The notes below the pieces were generated by a model. The model was given only the letters and a program-made list of their open reading frames with translations. It was not told the DNA's origin and searched no databases. A DNA stretch of 64,000 nucleotides from Microbotryum violaceum (Eukaryota): the NCBI GenBank assembly GCA_001244265.2, contig CDLV01000017.1:372001-436000 (forward strand), given 5' to 3'. Positions 36,253 to 50,702 of this stretch are shown one piece after another. The first letter of the stretch is position 1. Each line of letters opens with the position of its first letter. The position numbers were made by a program, and so were the translations under genes.

Positions 36253-39200
36253 ATGGCCCCCACTGTCCTTGCAGCCCCCGTCAACAACAAAAAAGCCGTC
36301 TCTTTCGACTTGCCTGCCGATCATGCCTCATCCTCGAGCGTGAACACCGAGTCGTCGTCGCTCGACTTGCTCCCCCACGCCGATGGCGTCTTGCGTGATG
36401 AGACCTCGCTCGGTCTCCCCGCCGCTCAGGGTCTCTACAATCCCGAGAACGAGAAGGACTCGTGCGGTGTCGGATTCGTCTGCCACATCAAGGGTCAACC
36501 GTCGCATAAAATTGTCTCGGATGCCAAGGCCCTCCTCTGTGCGTTGTCTTTCGCCCTCCTTAGTGAGCTGCGCAGAACGCTGACCTCGAGCTCACGACTG
36601 TCATCTTCTCATAGGCAACATGACGCATCGAGGTGCCACCGGTGCTGATTCTCGCGATGGTGACGGTGCCGGAGTCATGGTTGGTATCCCGCACAACTTT
36701 TTTGTCCGCGAAGCTGAGCGCGAGCTCGGGGTCACGCTCCCCCGCGAGGGCGAGTACGCCGTCGGCAACGTCTTCTTCAAGAAGGGCAACGACGAGCTCT
36801 TGGCCTCGCAAAAAGCGACGTTCGAGCAGATCGCCGAGTCGGTCAACCTCCGCGTGCTCGGCTGGCGCCCCGTCCCGACCGACGGCTCGATCCTCGGTCC
36901 TGCCGCGCTCTCGCGCGAGCCCCTGATCTTGCAGCCCTTTGTCGTGCTCAGCACCTCGTACGGGTACGGCAGTACCCCCGACCCGGACTCGACGTTCGAC
37001 GAAAAGTACTTCGAGCGCCAGCTGTATGTGCTCCGCAAGCACGCGACGCACACGCTCTTGCTCTCGAGCGGTTTCTATATTTGCTCGCTCTCGCAAAAGA
37101 ACGTCGTCTACAAGGGTCAGCTCGCGCCAGTGCAAGTCTACAATTACTACCACGACTTGAACCACGCGCTTTTTGCCTCGCACTTCTGCTTGGTCCATTC
37201 GCGTTTCTCGACCAACACCTACCCTTCGTGGGACCGAGCCCAGCCGATGCGATGGGTCGCCCACAACGGTGAGATCAACACCGTTCGCGGCAACAAGAAC
37301 TGGATGCGTGCTCGCGAGGGCAACTTGCAGTCGTCGCGCTTCGCCGACGAACTCGACTTGCTTTACCCGATCATCGAGACCGGTGGTTCCGACTCGGCCG
37401 CGTTCGACAACGTGCTCGAGCTCTTGACCGTCAACGCTGTTCTGACCTTGCCCGAGGCCGTGATGATGCTCGTCCCCGAGGCGTGGCAGAATAACACCGA
37501 CATGGAGAAGGAGAAGGTCGCCTTCTACCAATGGGCGGCATGCTTGATGGAGCCGTGGGACGGACCGGCGCTCTTCGCCTTTTCCGACGGGCGTTACTGC
37601 GGTGCCAACTTGGACCGCAATGGTCTCCGTCCTTGCCGATGGATCACGACGTCCGACGACCTCATGATCTGCGGTTCCGAAGTCGGTACCATTTTCGTCG
37701 AGCCCGAGAAGATCACCCGCAAGGGTCGTCTACAACCCGGAAAGATGCTGCTCGTCGACACCGTCGAGGGCCGCATCGTCGACGACAAGGAGCTCAAGAT
37801 GAAGACCGCAGCCAAGCAGCCTTTCGCCACCTGGATCGACTCGCAGATGCTCAGCTTGCCCAACATCATCGCCCGCGAGCGAGCCAAGGGAGCTTCGCTC
37901 ACGGGCGTCCTTGACGACTCAACCGTCTCGACCGATCCGCGTTTGCTCGCGTTCGGTTACTCGTTCGAGCAGCTCGACCTCCTCTTGCGACCGCTCGTCA
38001 ACGACGGCAAGGAAGCGCTTGGATCGATGGGCAACGATGCCCCTTTGGCGTGCATGGCCACGGCGCCGCGCGTCATCTTTGATTACTTCCGCCAGCTCTT
38101 CGCTCAAGTTACAAACCCTCCCATCGACCCTATCCGAGAGTCGATCGTCATGTCGCTCGAGTGCTACGTCGGTGCCGAGGGCAACATGCTTGAGATGAAC
38201 CCCAACCAGTGCCACCGATTGTTGCTCCCTTCGCCCGTGCTCACGACCGAGGAGGCCAACGCCCTCAAGCGCTTGGACACCGTCAACCCCGAGTGGCCCG
38301 CGCGCACGATCGACATCACCTTTGACAAGGCCGAAGGTCCCGCCGGATACGAGGCTTGCCTCGACCGTATTTGCGCCGAGGTCTCGAACGCGATTGCTGA
38401 AAACATCCGCGTCATCGTCCTTTCGGATCGCGCCGTCGGCCCCGATCGTGTTGCCATCTCGTCCGCCGTCGCGACCGGTGGTGTGCACCACCATTTGGTC
38501 CGCAACAAGCAGCGCTCCAAGGTCGCGCTTATTGTTGAGACTGGTGAGGCCCGCGAGGTGCACCATATTTGCGTGCTCGTCGGTTACGGTGCCGATGGTA
38601 TCTGCCCTTACCTGGCGTACGAGGCGATGCTCAAGCTCCGCCGCGAGGGCCTGCTCAAGAAGGACTTGACTGAAGGCCAAGTTATCAAGAACTACCTCTA
38701 CGCGACCAACAACGGTATTCTCAAGGTCATGTCCAAGATGGGTATCTCGACCCTGCAGTCGTACAAGGGTGCGCAGATCTTCGAGGCGCTCGGTTTGGCC
38801 GAGGAGGTCGTCGACCGCTGCTTCGTCGGCACCCCTTCGCGTGTCGCCGGTTCGACCTTCGAGTTGCTCGCCATGGACGCGCTCGACATCCACGAGCGTG
38901 GGTACCCTTTGCGAGAGACCGTTTTGCCCCCTGGCTTGCCCGAGACGGGTGAGTACCACTGGCGCGACGGAGGAGAGCCCCACATCAACGACCCCACCGG
39001 TATCGCCGAGCTCCAGAACGCTGTTCGCCAGAAGAACCAGTCGTCGTACGACGCTTACGCCGCAAACGCTCGTCGTCAAGTGCGTGCCGTCACTTTGCGA
39101 GGTCTGCTCGACTTTGACTTTGTCAAGGCGACGCCGATCCCGATCGAGCAGGTCGAGCCATGGCACGAGATCGTGCGCCGTTTCGCGACCGGTGCCATGT

Positions 39201-42200
39201 CGTACGGTTCCATCTCAATGGAGGCCCACTCGGCCTTGGCCATTGCGATGAACCGCATCGGCGGCAAGTCCAACACTGGTGAAGGTGGAGAGGACGCCGA
39301 ACGATCGGACCTCTTGCCCAACGGCGATACGATGCGATCGTCAATCAAGCAAATTGCGTCGGGACGTAAGTAGATTGTTCCTCTATGAATATGCGATATT
39401 TCGTTTCATGAGATACTGACGGCGGAGGTTCTCTCGTTGGTTGCTAAAGGTTTCGGTGTGACCTCGAACTACCTCGCGGATGCCGACGAGTTGCAAATCA
39501 AGATGGCGCAAGGTGCCAAGCCCGGAGAAGGTGGTGAACTGCCCGGCCACAAGGTGTCCAAATCGATCGCACGCACGCGTCACTCGACCCCGGGTGTCGG
39601 TCTCATCTCGCCTCCCCCTCACCACGACATTTACTCGATCGAGGATCTTAAGCAATTGATCTACGACCTCAAGTGCTCGAACCCGCGCTCGCGCATTTCG
39701 GTCAAACTCGTGTCCGAGGTCGGTGTCGGAGTCGTCGCTTCCGGTGTTGCCAAGGCCAAGGCCGACCACATCCTCATCTCTGGCCACGATGGTGGAACGG
39801 GTGCTTCGCGATGGACCGGTATCAAGTATGCCGGACTCCCTTGGGAACTTGGTCTCGCCGAGACCCACCAAACACTCGTACTCAATGACCTCCGTGGTCG
39901 AGTTACGATCCAGACCGATGGCCAGATCCGTACCGGCCGTGATGTCGCGATCGCGTGCCTGTTGGGTGCTGAAGAGTGGGGCTTTGCGACGACGCCTTTG
40001 GTGCGTAGGGATCACCGACTTGAACGTGCACATAGCCTTTCGGGGCTGACCTTGCGCTTGCTCACCTTCGAATTTACAGATCGCCATGGGTTGCATCATG
40101 ATGAAGAAGGCAAGTGGATCGAATGAGTAGGATAAACCCTGCTTCAAGGCACTTACTAACCGTTTGTTCCCCTTCATAACGCTAACAGTGCCACCTCAAC
40201 ACTTGCCCCGTCGGTATCGCGACCCAGGACGAGCAGCTGCGCAAAAAGTTCACCGGTCAACCCGAGCACGTCGTCAACTTCTTGTACTACGTCGCCGAGG
40301 AGATGCGATCGTTCATGGCCAAGCTTGGTTTCCGCACCATTAACGAGATGGTCGGTCGCTCCGACATGCTCCGTGTCGACGATAGTTTGCGCAACCCTAA
40401 GACGGCGAACCTCGACTTGTCGGCGCTGCTCAAGCCCGCCTGGCAAATGCGCCCCGGTGTCGCGACCTTCAAGTCGCGCGCGCAGGATCACAAGCTCTAC
40501 ATCCGCCTCGACAACAAGTTTATCGACGAGGCCGAGCCTGCCTTGCTCAAGGGCCTGCCCGTGCGCATCGACTGCGACGTCGTCAACACCGACCGTGCGC
40601 TCGGCACGACGCTCTCGAACCACGTCTCGAAGCGCTACGGTGAGGAGGGTCTACCCAAGGATACGATTCACATCTACGCCAAGGGCTCGGCCGGTCAATC
40701 GCTCGGTGCTTTCCTCGCTCCCGGTATCACGATCGAGCTCGAGGGTGACTCGAACGACTACGTTGGCAAGGGTCTCTCTGGTGGTCGCTTGATCGTATAC
40801 CCTCCCAAGGTCTCGCCGTTCAAGGCCGAGGAGAACGTCATCGTCGGCAACACTTGCTTGTACGGTGCCACCTCGGGTCAGGCCTACTTCCGCGGTATCG
40901 CCGCCGAGCGTTTCGCCGTCCGCAACTCGGGCGCGACTGCCGTCGTCGAAGGCTGCGGTGACCATGGTTGCGAGTACATGACCGGTGGTCGCGTCGTTAT
41001 CCTCGGTATGACCGGCCGCAATTTTGCTGCCGGTATGTCCGGTGGTATTGCTTACGTCTTTGACGGCGCCAAGGACTTCCGCGCCAAAGTCAACATGGAG
41101 ATGGTCGAACTCGACACTGTCAATGACCCGCGTGAGATCGCCGAGCTGCGTGGCATGATTGAGGACCACCAGCACTGGACGGGTTCGTTCTTTGCCGAGC
41201 GCGTGCTCAAGAATTTTAACCAGTGGCTGCCTCGCTTCGTGCGCGTCATGCCCCTCGACTACAAGGCCGTGCTCGAGGCCGAGGCCGCCAAGCAAGCCAA
41301 GGAGAAGGCCGCCAAGCACCCTCCTGTCGACATCGTCATCCCCGTCGCCGGTGTCCAGCCTGCTCACAAGTCCAACGAGCCCTCGGTCGTTGATCTCGAG
41401 GACGCCATGGTGGATGACACCACGGCCAAGAAGCGCGTCGAGCAGCTCGACAAGATCCGCGGCTTCATGAAGTACAAGCGCCTGACCGAGTCATACCGCA
41501 ACCCGCGCAAGCGTGTGCAGGATTGGGCCGAGCTCTCGACCCGCCTCGGCGAGGACGATTGCAAGCAGCAGGCCGCACGTTGCATGGATTGCGGTGTCCC
41601 CTTCTGTCAGTCCGACAGTGGTTGCCCCATCTCCAACTTGATCCCTAAGTGGAATGACCTCGTCTTCAAGGGCCAGTGGAAGGATGCGCTCGACCGGTTG
41701 CTCATGACGAACAACTTCCCCGAGTTCACCGGTCGCATTTGCCCGGCTCCTTGCGAGGGTGCTTGCGTGCTCGGCATCAACGAGCAGCCCGTCGGCATCA
41801 AGAGCATCGAGTGCGCCATCATCGACAAGGGTTTCGAAATGGGATGGATGAAGCCCCAGCCGCCCAAGGTCCGCACGGGCAAATCGGTCGCCATCATCGG
41901 TTCCGGTGCCGCCGGTCTCGCCGCCGCCGATCAGCTCAACAAGGCCGGTCACTCGGTCACCGTCTACGAGCGTCAAGACCGATGCGGTGGTCTGCTCACC
42001 TACGGTATCCCCAACATGAAGCTCGACAAGCGTGTCGTCCAACGCCGTCTCGACCTTATGGCCGAGGAGGGTGTCAAGTTCGTCACCAAGGCCCACGTCG
42101 GTGTCACCCACAACATTGACGAGATCCGCTCGGCCAACGACTCGCTCATTGTCGCCACGGGTGCGACCTGGCCTCGTGACCTCAAGTTGCCGAACCGCAA

Positions 42201-43124
42201 CCTCGACGGTATCGACTTTGCCATGACATTCTTGTCGGCCAACACCAAGTCACTGCTCGACTCGAACCTTGAGGATGGCAACTACCTCTCGGCCAAGGGC
42301 AAGAACGTCATCGTCATCGGTGGTGGTGACACGGGTAACGATTGCATCGGTACCTCCGTTCGTCACGGTGCGCTCAGCGTCACCAACTTTGAGTTGCTGC
42401 CCCAGCCCCCGCCAACGCGCGACCAGGCGTCGAACCCCTGGCCTCAGTTCCCTCGCACCTTCAAGGTCGACTACGGACACACCGAAGTCTCCTCCTTATT
42501 CGGCTCGGACCCTCGTCAGTTCTCAATCAGCACCAAGGAGTTCGTCTCGGACGGCAACGGCAAGGTCAAAGGCATCAACACCGTTCGCGTCGCTTGGGAG
42601 AAGGACGCCTTCGGCGCATGGAAGATGGCCGAGATTCCGGGCTCGGAGGAGTTCTTCCCCGCCGATCTGTGAGTTGGACCTCGTGCTGCTTTTCCAATCT
42701 GTTTCGACCACCTTTATTGACGTGTCAAACGTTCTCTTCGATTCAGCGTTCTCCTCGCCCTTGGGTTCTTGGGCCCCGAGGAGGCTGCAATCAAGGCGCT
42801 CGGCCTCGAGCAGGATGCTCGATCTAACATCAAGGCCGACTACGGCAAATTCGCGACCAACGTCCCCGGCGTCTTCGCCGCTGGTGATGCTCGTCGTGGT
42901 CAATCGCTTATTGTGTAAGCACTGGCTCTTCTCGCGCCTATCTGGACCAGAGAACTGACGTCGAATCGTCCGTGTACAGCTGGGCTATCGCTGAAGGCCG
43001 ACGATGCGCTGCCCAGGTTGACGAGTATTTGGTGGGCAACACCCGCTTGCCCGCCGCCGGATCGATCCCTGAGCGTTCCTTCAAGTCGAGGAAGCCGGCT
43101 GCGCCGGTCGCCATCCAGGCTTAG
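36253..43124 (+). CDS. GLT1: NADH-dependent glutamate synthase (GOGAT), fused large and small subunits, multi-exon
   Basis: [10 protein letters not shown] amidotransferase start, [75 protein letters not shown]. Confidence 0.99.
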
Positions 43125-43949
43125 ACGGCGCCTGTTTGTTTTCCTCCCCTACCAAAACAACTTCAACGACTCTGAAAAACAGCATCGAAGTCCCCTCACG
43201 CTCGCATTCCTCGCACGCACATTTCCTACCCTTCCGTCCGCCGTATAATCTTGTCTACTCTCTCTCTCTATCGTGTTGCGCCTCGATGTTTCTTGAAGAA
43301 ACTCCTCCCCCCTCTCTCTCTCTCTTTTCTCTCTCTACAAAACCCCTAAGAAATCGGGATCGGGTCTTGGTCGAGTCTTTGACCAGTTTGCAGCTGCTTC
43401 CTTATTTTCTCATCTCCTTTCTGTTTTGTGTCTCTTGTTTGCTTCTCGCTTCTATACAGTTTCTGGAGTCTCTGAATACTTTTCCCCACAATGTAATGTC
43501 GTTTTCATTCATCCAAACTTCTCGTGATCTGAGAGAGAACAGAGTGAGAGCATATATGTCAACATAGAGTCATTTGAGCCGTTCCGAGAAGGCCTCATGC
43601 TCGCCTTTGAATCGAAAAGCTCTTCGAAAAGCTTTATCTTCGAAAAGCCCTCTGGGGACAGCGTTTAAAGTGTCGTATGGGCTCCAAGAGCTGACAATGA
43701 AAGCAAGGTACACAAAAGACGGGTGGTAAAAGGATAAACATGGACGTCGTACCAGCCGTAGACACGTCAGAAAAAAATCGGTGCGGCGAAAGAAAGACGT
43801 GAAAAAACGTGTCGCGTGTAAAGATAAGAAAGGCCAAGTGCGCGAACAACAAGAATGGAGTGAAGAGATGGGCAAGTCAGAAGAACGGGCAAGTCAGAAG
43901 AAATGGGCAAGTCAGAAAAGATGTTACGAGGCTGGTACTGGACGCGTGC

Positions 43950-44984
43950 TCAGAGGTCATGTTCGACCTTGACTCGGGACGTAGACGCCGTAGGAAGGGG
44001 AACGACTGAGCCTCGGCCCATCTCGGTATCTGTAGTGGAACAAAAGAGAATACAATAATTAGTTGCTACACAATCTCTCGAACATTGGTCAATGGACTGA
44101 CCTTGATCCGTAACATCGAATCCAAGGTCATCTATGCCTCCGCAAAGCGATCCAAGATCGTCCAAGCTCGCAGCGACGGTCGAGTCAGATACCTCACTGA
44201 CCTCTCGTCGTCGACGAAGGCTACGACGCAGCGTGACGTTGGTGTTGTAGTCTGAAGGATTGCGGTTGGCCGTCGACTTTGCGGTCGATCGCTTGCTTCC
44301 CCGAGGGGTCGTCGCCTCGGTCTCGGTGGCGTCGCCATCGTCGTCGGAAGCTTCGGCAAGCGCGGAGGAGGCAGTGGAAACGCGGCGAGCCTTCTTTGGT
44401 GCACGACGAACCCCCGAGTCTTGTCGCCCCGAAGTTGACTTGCTTGATCGTTGAGCACTTGTCGATGGCGTGACGAAGGGATCTTGATCAAAGACGACCC
44501 CAGCGGCAGCGGCAGCAGCGGCTGCAGCAGCTGTGCGAGCGCGAGTTCTACCCGCAGTCGGTCGAGCAGCAGCAGCAGCAGTTCGAGGTGCGTTCCGAGG
44601 CACCTCGACGTCATCCTCATCCTCATCCTCATCTTCTCCGTCCTCGGGTCCCCGCTCGTCCTGGGCTCGACGTGCCCGCTTGCCACCAGCAACCGGGACG
44701 CCGCCGGCCCTGACATGCTTCATCATATTCGGCAAATCCTTACTAGGGCCCACGAACCTCCAAACCGACCTCTCTCCATCGATTTCCTTTTGATGCAACA
44801 CAATCTCTTGCGTTCCCGACGTGGACCATCTCTCGAGGAAAGAGATGGTCTCCACGCCTTCAGCGGTGGGTTGGCGTCGAAGGAGTTCGCTCGCCGAAGT
44901 GTCGAGCATATCATTCGTAATCGCATCGATGTGAGCGGTCGCGGCAGCGGCTTTTTTCGAACTCCTGGCGGGTGTGAGCCTCAT
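43950..44984 (-). CDS. Hypothetical low-complexity protein, possibly transposon-associated
   Basis: 344-codon ATG-initiated ORF with acidic and Ala/Ser/Arg-rich tracts; no recognised domain. Confidence 0.4.
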   Translation of the reverse strand: MRLTPARSSKKAAAATAHIDAITNDMLDTSASELLRRQPTAEGVETISFLERWSTSGTQEIVLHQKEIDGERSVWRFVGPSKDLPNMMKHVRAGGVPVAGGKRARRAQDERGPEDGEDEDEDEDDVEVPRNAPRTAAAAARPTAGRTRARTAAAAAAAAAAGVVFDQDPFVTPSTSAQRSSKSTSGRQDSGVRRAPKKARRVSTASSALAEASDDDGDATETEATTPRGSKRSTAKSTANRNPSDYNTNVTLRRSLRRRREVSEVSDSTVAASLDDLGSLCGGIDDLGFDVTDQGQSIDQCSRDCVATNYCILFCSTTDTEMGRGSVVPLPTASTSRVKVEHDL

Positions 44985-45952
44985 GATTGAATGTGTGCGG
45001 GCCGAAATTTATTTGGCGATGGGGGCTTCCTCGCGGTTCGCGATTGTAAGCGGAGTCCGGGAGCTGGACTTGAAAAAAAAGTGCCGGCCGATGTGGGGGG
45101 GAGGCAACGAGTGCCGGCAGTATTGCCTATCACTGGTAGATGTGGCGATGTTGTAGATCACAGAATGTAGAAAGCTATTATTCAAAGCGCTTTGTATCAG
45201 CCCAGGGCTCTCAGAATCGTTTGAACCCCGCTCAGCGAGATCGGGCACACTTGGACCAGGACTGACCTCACCGGATCGGTGCGAGCAGCGGTGACTCGGT
45301 TCTTGAAGGGCCTTCGTCGATGGTCGCAGGTGATGTTCGTTCCAAGGATGGAAAGAGTGTGAGCGAAAAGCGTCGAGTCAAGAGATTACGAGAAGAGGGA
45401 CGGAACAAAGGAAGGACACCAAAAAGATAGATGGAGCACACCGGGGGGAGTGTTCGAGTGATTTATCGCACTATGGAAATGTGACGACGAATATTGCCTT
45501 TGAAGGACGTTGCGCGAGCCGTCGCTCTTTCTTCTTGTCCGATGCCCTCATCACAAAACGCGACCGTTGTGTGCTTGGAAGGCCCGGCATGTGACGGCCA
45601 GCCGGAGCGAAGTGGGGGTGCTCGACGAGCGGGGCGCGGCGGCGGCCGTCGGCGAGAGGGGGCTGGCCGATGGTGGGAATTCTCCTGTTTGGGCCATAGC
45701 GCGGGTTTCAGAATTTCAGATTCGACTCTTGAGACAAAAACGGTTGGAAGTCTGATGGCTTCTGGCTTTGTTGCTGCGTAAAAGGAATCGACCAAAATGC
45801 ATCTCATTTGGTGAAGGCAAGAGGATCATGTACAACATGCCAAAGAGAAGAAGAAGGTAGCAACATTTCCGTGCAGACCAGGGCCACGATCTCGGCGGAC
45901 CCCCTGTTTTTCCGACTCGACGCGCGGGGCCGGCGAAAGCCCTTCCCCACGC

Positions 45953-48823
45953 TCAGCTCGACGCACTCTTCGACCTCTGCTTGATCAAGCTCTTCCTCGC
46001 CTTCTCTACCTTCTTCTTGACCTTCCTCAACGCCCCAATCCCACCATGCATAACCCTCGTAATCAAATCGCAAGCCTCCCCCTTGTTTAATTCCTCAACC
46101 TTGACCCACCCACCTTCCCTCTCCCTCCCTGGAACCCAAAGTCCTTCGATCCTCCCATCTTGGATCTCATTCTTCAACTTGTTGGAAAGCATAGTTTGTT
46201 GAGAGAGAGTGGCAGGATGTTCACGCCATGGTGCGAAACGACGAGTCGAGATGGTGGGTTTCCACAAGTCGACATTAGCGACGAGGGCGTCTACGGTGGC
46301 GAGCAGATGACGAATGTCGGGGTGAGTTCCCAAAACGGTAGGCGTTGCATAGGGGTTACGAGTGGAGGCTAGTTGGGGTATTCGACGATAACCTTTGGCT
46401 TCCCATTGTGGGACGACTGAGGTGGAAGCTTCGTCCTTCGGCGAGATTCGGATATAGCCTTTTCCTCCCAACTCCAAGACATAAGCACCCTGTCCTACCC
46501 CGATCCAGGAATTACGTGTCAAACGCGAAAGAGGGATCCGGCTTGATTCCGAGTGTTTCGTCGTCGAAGCTTTGGATCGAGAGGCGAGGAATTCGGTGAC
46601 GGTATTGAATTCTTCGTAGGCTAAGCGGGAAGGGTCGGCGTCGATGTAGGGGAGGATCAAGGCTCGCGGTTCAGGAGCGGGGGAGGTGATGGCGAGGTTT
46701 TGTAGGTCCTTCGTTGATTGGGCTATGGGGACGTGAAGATGGGTCAGCGAAGCTCCACTCTTGGCACCCTCGTGTAATTCGACTTGCTTACCCTCAATAG
46801 CCAAATTCGGATCAATCCCGAACAAAGTCGGCGTACACGCGATACCTTCCGTCGAATTCCCCACGAAATCAATGATGAGGCAATCTGTTTTCCCCGTTGA
46901 GGGACTCTTCCTCATCCCTCGACCAATCATCTGTTGAAAGAGGTTGCGCGATTTGGTCGGTCGGGCGAGGAGTACGCAGTCGATAAAGGGAAAGTCTGCG
47001 CCTTCCGTGAGAATACCTGGTGGGGGTGGGTTGTTCACCGTGTCAGGATTGGGCACAAGGACAAGCCCACAGCGTGAGGGAGAATGGAGATACTGACTGC
47101 AATTAACCAAGACCTGAATCTCCCCCTTTCGAAAAGCATCATAAATTTGTTCCCTATCCCTAATCTTGATCCCCTGATGCACGAACCTCGCATCGATCCC
47201 TTGCTCCCTAAACGCATTCGTCAACGAAACCACATGGTTCACATCCACCGCAAAGACCAATGTCGAGCGTCGAGTTTGTTCGGCTTTCTCCTTCCAAGTT
47301 TCGACGCAAATTCGATTGATGGGAGCTTGATCGACCGCACGAGCTAGGGAAGCCATGCTGAAGTCGCCGGAAGTTTTGGAGGTGGAGATGGAGTTTAGGT
47401 CGAGTGCTGACCCGAGTCTCACGGTCGTAAATCGGATATCGCATAGCCAACCTTTGGTGATCATGTCGAGCCATGAGGCGTGCCAGACGATCTTTTGGAC
47501 GACTTTGCCTAGGGCCAGTCCATCGGCGCGGGAAAAGGTCGCAGTGAAAGCGAGGATGGGGATACAGAGTCCACCTGAGGCGGATAGACAGAAGGGCGTG
47601 GGCGGGAGATGAGGAGGATCAGGCTGGGTCGATGAGGCGGAGAAGGAAAGGACGGGAGAGGCGGCGAGTACGTCGTCTTCGATGATGACCGCCGAGGTCT
47701 CGGATGTTTCGCTGATGCGAGGGTCGAAGCGACAGAGGATGTTGATGTAGGATTGAGAGGCGGCGTGGTGGGCCTGCAGTGGTCCACACGTCGGTGTCAG
47801 TATGGAACCCGAGCATGTGGGAAGCCGCTTTTGTGTGCGCACCTCATCGACGATGACGGCCTTGAAAGTACTCGGATCGAACTTGTCCAAACGTGCAAGA
47901 TCGCTTCTAGCAAGAGTCTAGAATAGATCGGGGGAGATTAGACTGTGTTGAGCTTTCAACGCGACCGTCGAATCTCGAGTGACTCGCTTGAAAAGTGGCC
48001 ACGGTCACGTCGGCGAATCCACTTGCGTCATTGTCACCTTGCTCGACTTCGACGTGCTAAAAAGGGACAGCATGATACGCTGAAGGATCAGAGGCATTGT
48101 AAAACTCATGGAGACAGCCCACGCGGTGACGACCAACTGACCAAGGCAGGATAAGTTGTCTTTACAACCTCGGCGGCTTGCTTAGCCAATTGAATGGTGC
48201 CGACCAGAATCAAGACGCGATTCGCCAACTGTGCCGTATCGGGATGTATCCTTGCCGGTAGTCGAGGGATCAACTCAGTGAAGATGGCAGTTTTTCCGCT
48301 GCCTGTAGGGAGATTATTGCCACGCGGGTTAACTTGAAGGTGAGAAATCTGCTCGGTTGAGGTGGGTTATTCTGGACTGACCGGTTGGAGAGGATATGCC
48401 GAGACGAGAAAGCTCGGTCGTGGATAGAGTGTCGAGAATGGTATTGATGCAGTCGATCTGGTAGGGACGGAGCTTGAAGGGCCGAGCGTCCAGAGAGGGT
48501 ACGGTTGTTGCCTCGGTCTCAACCTCGCTCATGACGGTTTCAGGAGCCTCGTCCGGGATGGTGAGCTGACGAGGTGCACAAGTCGAGGAGAACGACCGCG
48601 GTGAGGAAAAGGCCCCGAAGGTAAAGGAGTTGAATTGCCATGTTTGGTATTGTTGTGAAGATGATTCAAGTGCTCGTCGGGTTGGTGTTGTTTGAGCTGT
48701 GAGTGTGCTGAACGAACGGTGATCGTCGGGAGGAGCAACAGCAACAGGCGATGGCGTACGGCGACTGGTGATGAGCACGCGCGGTATCCGACATGGACAC
48801 GAGCGAATGAAAGAGACGATCAT
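45953..48823 (-). CDS. IRC3: Irc3-like mitochondrial SF2 (DExH) helicase, multi-exon
   Basis: LRPYQIDC, SSPTG|SGKT, VIVDE|AHHAAS, FTATFSRADG, RSTLVFAVDVNHV, ILTEGADFPFIDCVLLARPTKSRNLFQQMIGRGMR; Arg/Ser-rich N-terminus. Confidence 0.9.
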
Positions 48824-49247
48824 AATGCCATGGTGAGGTGGTTTAGGGGAGTGGACGATATGGAAGGAGGAGCCGAGAGTGAGCGTGGGTGCTGCCCCGG
48901 GGAAGAGCCATCGCAGTGGGTCCGAGCGCGCGCGATCTTGAGCGGTCGGCGACTGCGAAGCCCACCAGCACCCGTTTGCGGAGGTGATTACCCCGTCCCA
49001 GTGTTACTTCAACTCACTCCTCAGCCTTCGCTCATCCGACTCGACTAAGCCTACCTCGTCCGTATATCTACCATCACCCCGTGTCTGGTCGTAGCGACTC
49101 GACGCTCTCGCTTCGACTGTGCTTGCGGCGCGCCACCTTCCCCACTTTGGGAACCTCGCCGACTCGTCCTTCAACAGCTCTCAACCGACCCGCATCTCGG
49201 CACAGTATCCAGTTCCGGTATCAACCTCAACAGCATCCTCCACCACG

Positions 49248-50702
49248 ATGCGAATTGCAGTCTACTCGTCGCTGTGGGGCCTCGCGTTGCTTCCCTGTTC
49301 GAGCTATGCACGGCCAGCCTCGACATCCGGAGCCGATGGTCGGATCAAGCCCAACACCAGCATCCCCACTCCCATCATAGCAAGTTCCCACCCATCTCCG
49401 AGTAAAAGCTTTTTCCTCTCTGACCCTCTCCCCCTCTGCGTCCCACTAGCTCTGGCATGGCCTCGGCGACCGCTACGATGCTCCTGGATTGCTCGCGCTC
49501 AAAGCCGAGCTGCAGGGCCATCACCAGCTCAAAGGTGTCTACGTCCATCTCATCGGCGTCAGTGAAGATGGTGCTGCGGACCAGTACGTACAGCTCATTC
49601 AGCGATACACGGAGCGAGCGATCGTACTGAGGACGTGAATTCTCGACAGACGCTCAACCTTCTTCGGCAACGCCAACGACCAAATCGCTCTTGTGTGCGA
49701 ACAACTCACCCAAATACCCGAACTCGTGGATACTCAACTCAATCCTTCGGGCAAGGTCGAGGCGATTGGATTCTCCCAAGGCGGTCAATTACTTCGTGGG
49801 CTCGTTGAGCGATGCTCCGAGCTTAAATTTAGGAGTTTGATCACGCTCGGGTCGCAGCATGTCAGTCTAGTCTCGGAAACGTGCTCGACCTTGAAAGGGG
49901 GACTGCTTGGATCAAAGCACTGATCTCGTTCTTCTCCCGTCTTTCCAGATGGGTATCTCCTCCCTACCCCCTTGCCCACCCGGTTCCTCCCCCTTCTCAA
50001 CTTGTCACCTCTTCCACTTATCCCTCCTCAAGAACGGTCTCTACTCCTCCTGGGCCCAGCAGAACCTCCTTCCCGCTCAGTACGTACGTGACGAGGCGAG
50101 AATTGAAGACTATTTAAAGGTCAATGCGTTCTTGAAGGATGTCAACAATGAGAGGGAGGGGGATAGGCAGGTGGGACCGCCGACGGATGGGGAGGTGATT
50201 GGAGTAAGGGGTCGGGATCAAGGGGAGGGTAGGAATCAGACGTACAAGAGGAACTTTGCGAGGTTGGAAAAATTGGTCTTGCTGAGGTTCTCGTGAGTCC
50301 TAAACCCCCCTCCCCTCTGACCGTTTACATCCCCTGTTTAAAAACACTCGCTCTCCCTCTCTCTTTTTCACCCCCGAGACCAGATTGGACACCACCGTTG
50401 TACCCCCCCACACAGCGCACTTCACCCTCCCCTCCCCGACCGCGTCCCCCTGTCCGATCCCCCTCGACCCAACATGCTACGTCGATCCGGTAGAATGGGC
50501 CGACTTGCCCCTCTATCAAGATGATTATATCGGATTGAAGGAATTGGACGCGAGGGGTGTGGTTTGGAAAGGCATTTGTAAGGGGGCGCATATGGAGATC
50601 GATCGAAGGTGTTGGAGTACGGTCACGAGGGTTTTGGTGGGGAACGGTGAGAAAGAGGGGGACGAGGATGTGAGACAGAATGCGTTCGTACTGCAAGGTT
50701 GA
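49248..50702 (+). CDS. PPT1: Palmitoyl-protein thioesterase 1 (secreted alpha/beta hydrolase)
   Basis: Signal peptide; PII|LWHGLGD; AIGFSQGGQLLRGLVERC; LITLGSQH|MGI; LPLYQDDYIGLKELD; CKGAHM. Confidence 0.93.

Noticed and set aside
36560-42111. Long antisense ORFs opposite GLT1 (also opposite the kinesin and KH genes)
   Set aside because: Expected shadows of strong GC3 codon bias.
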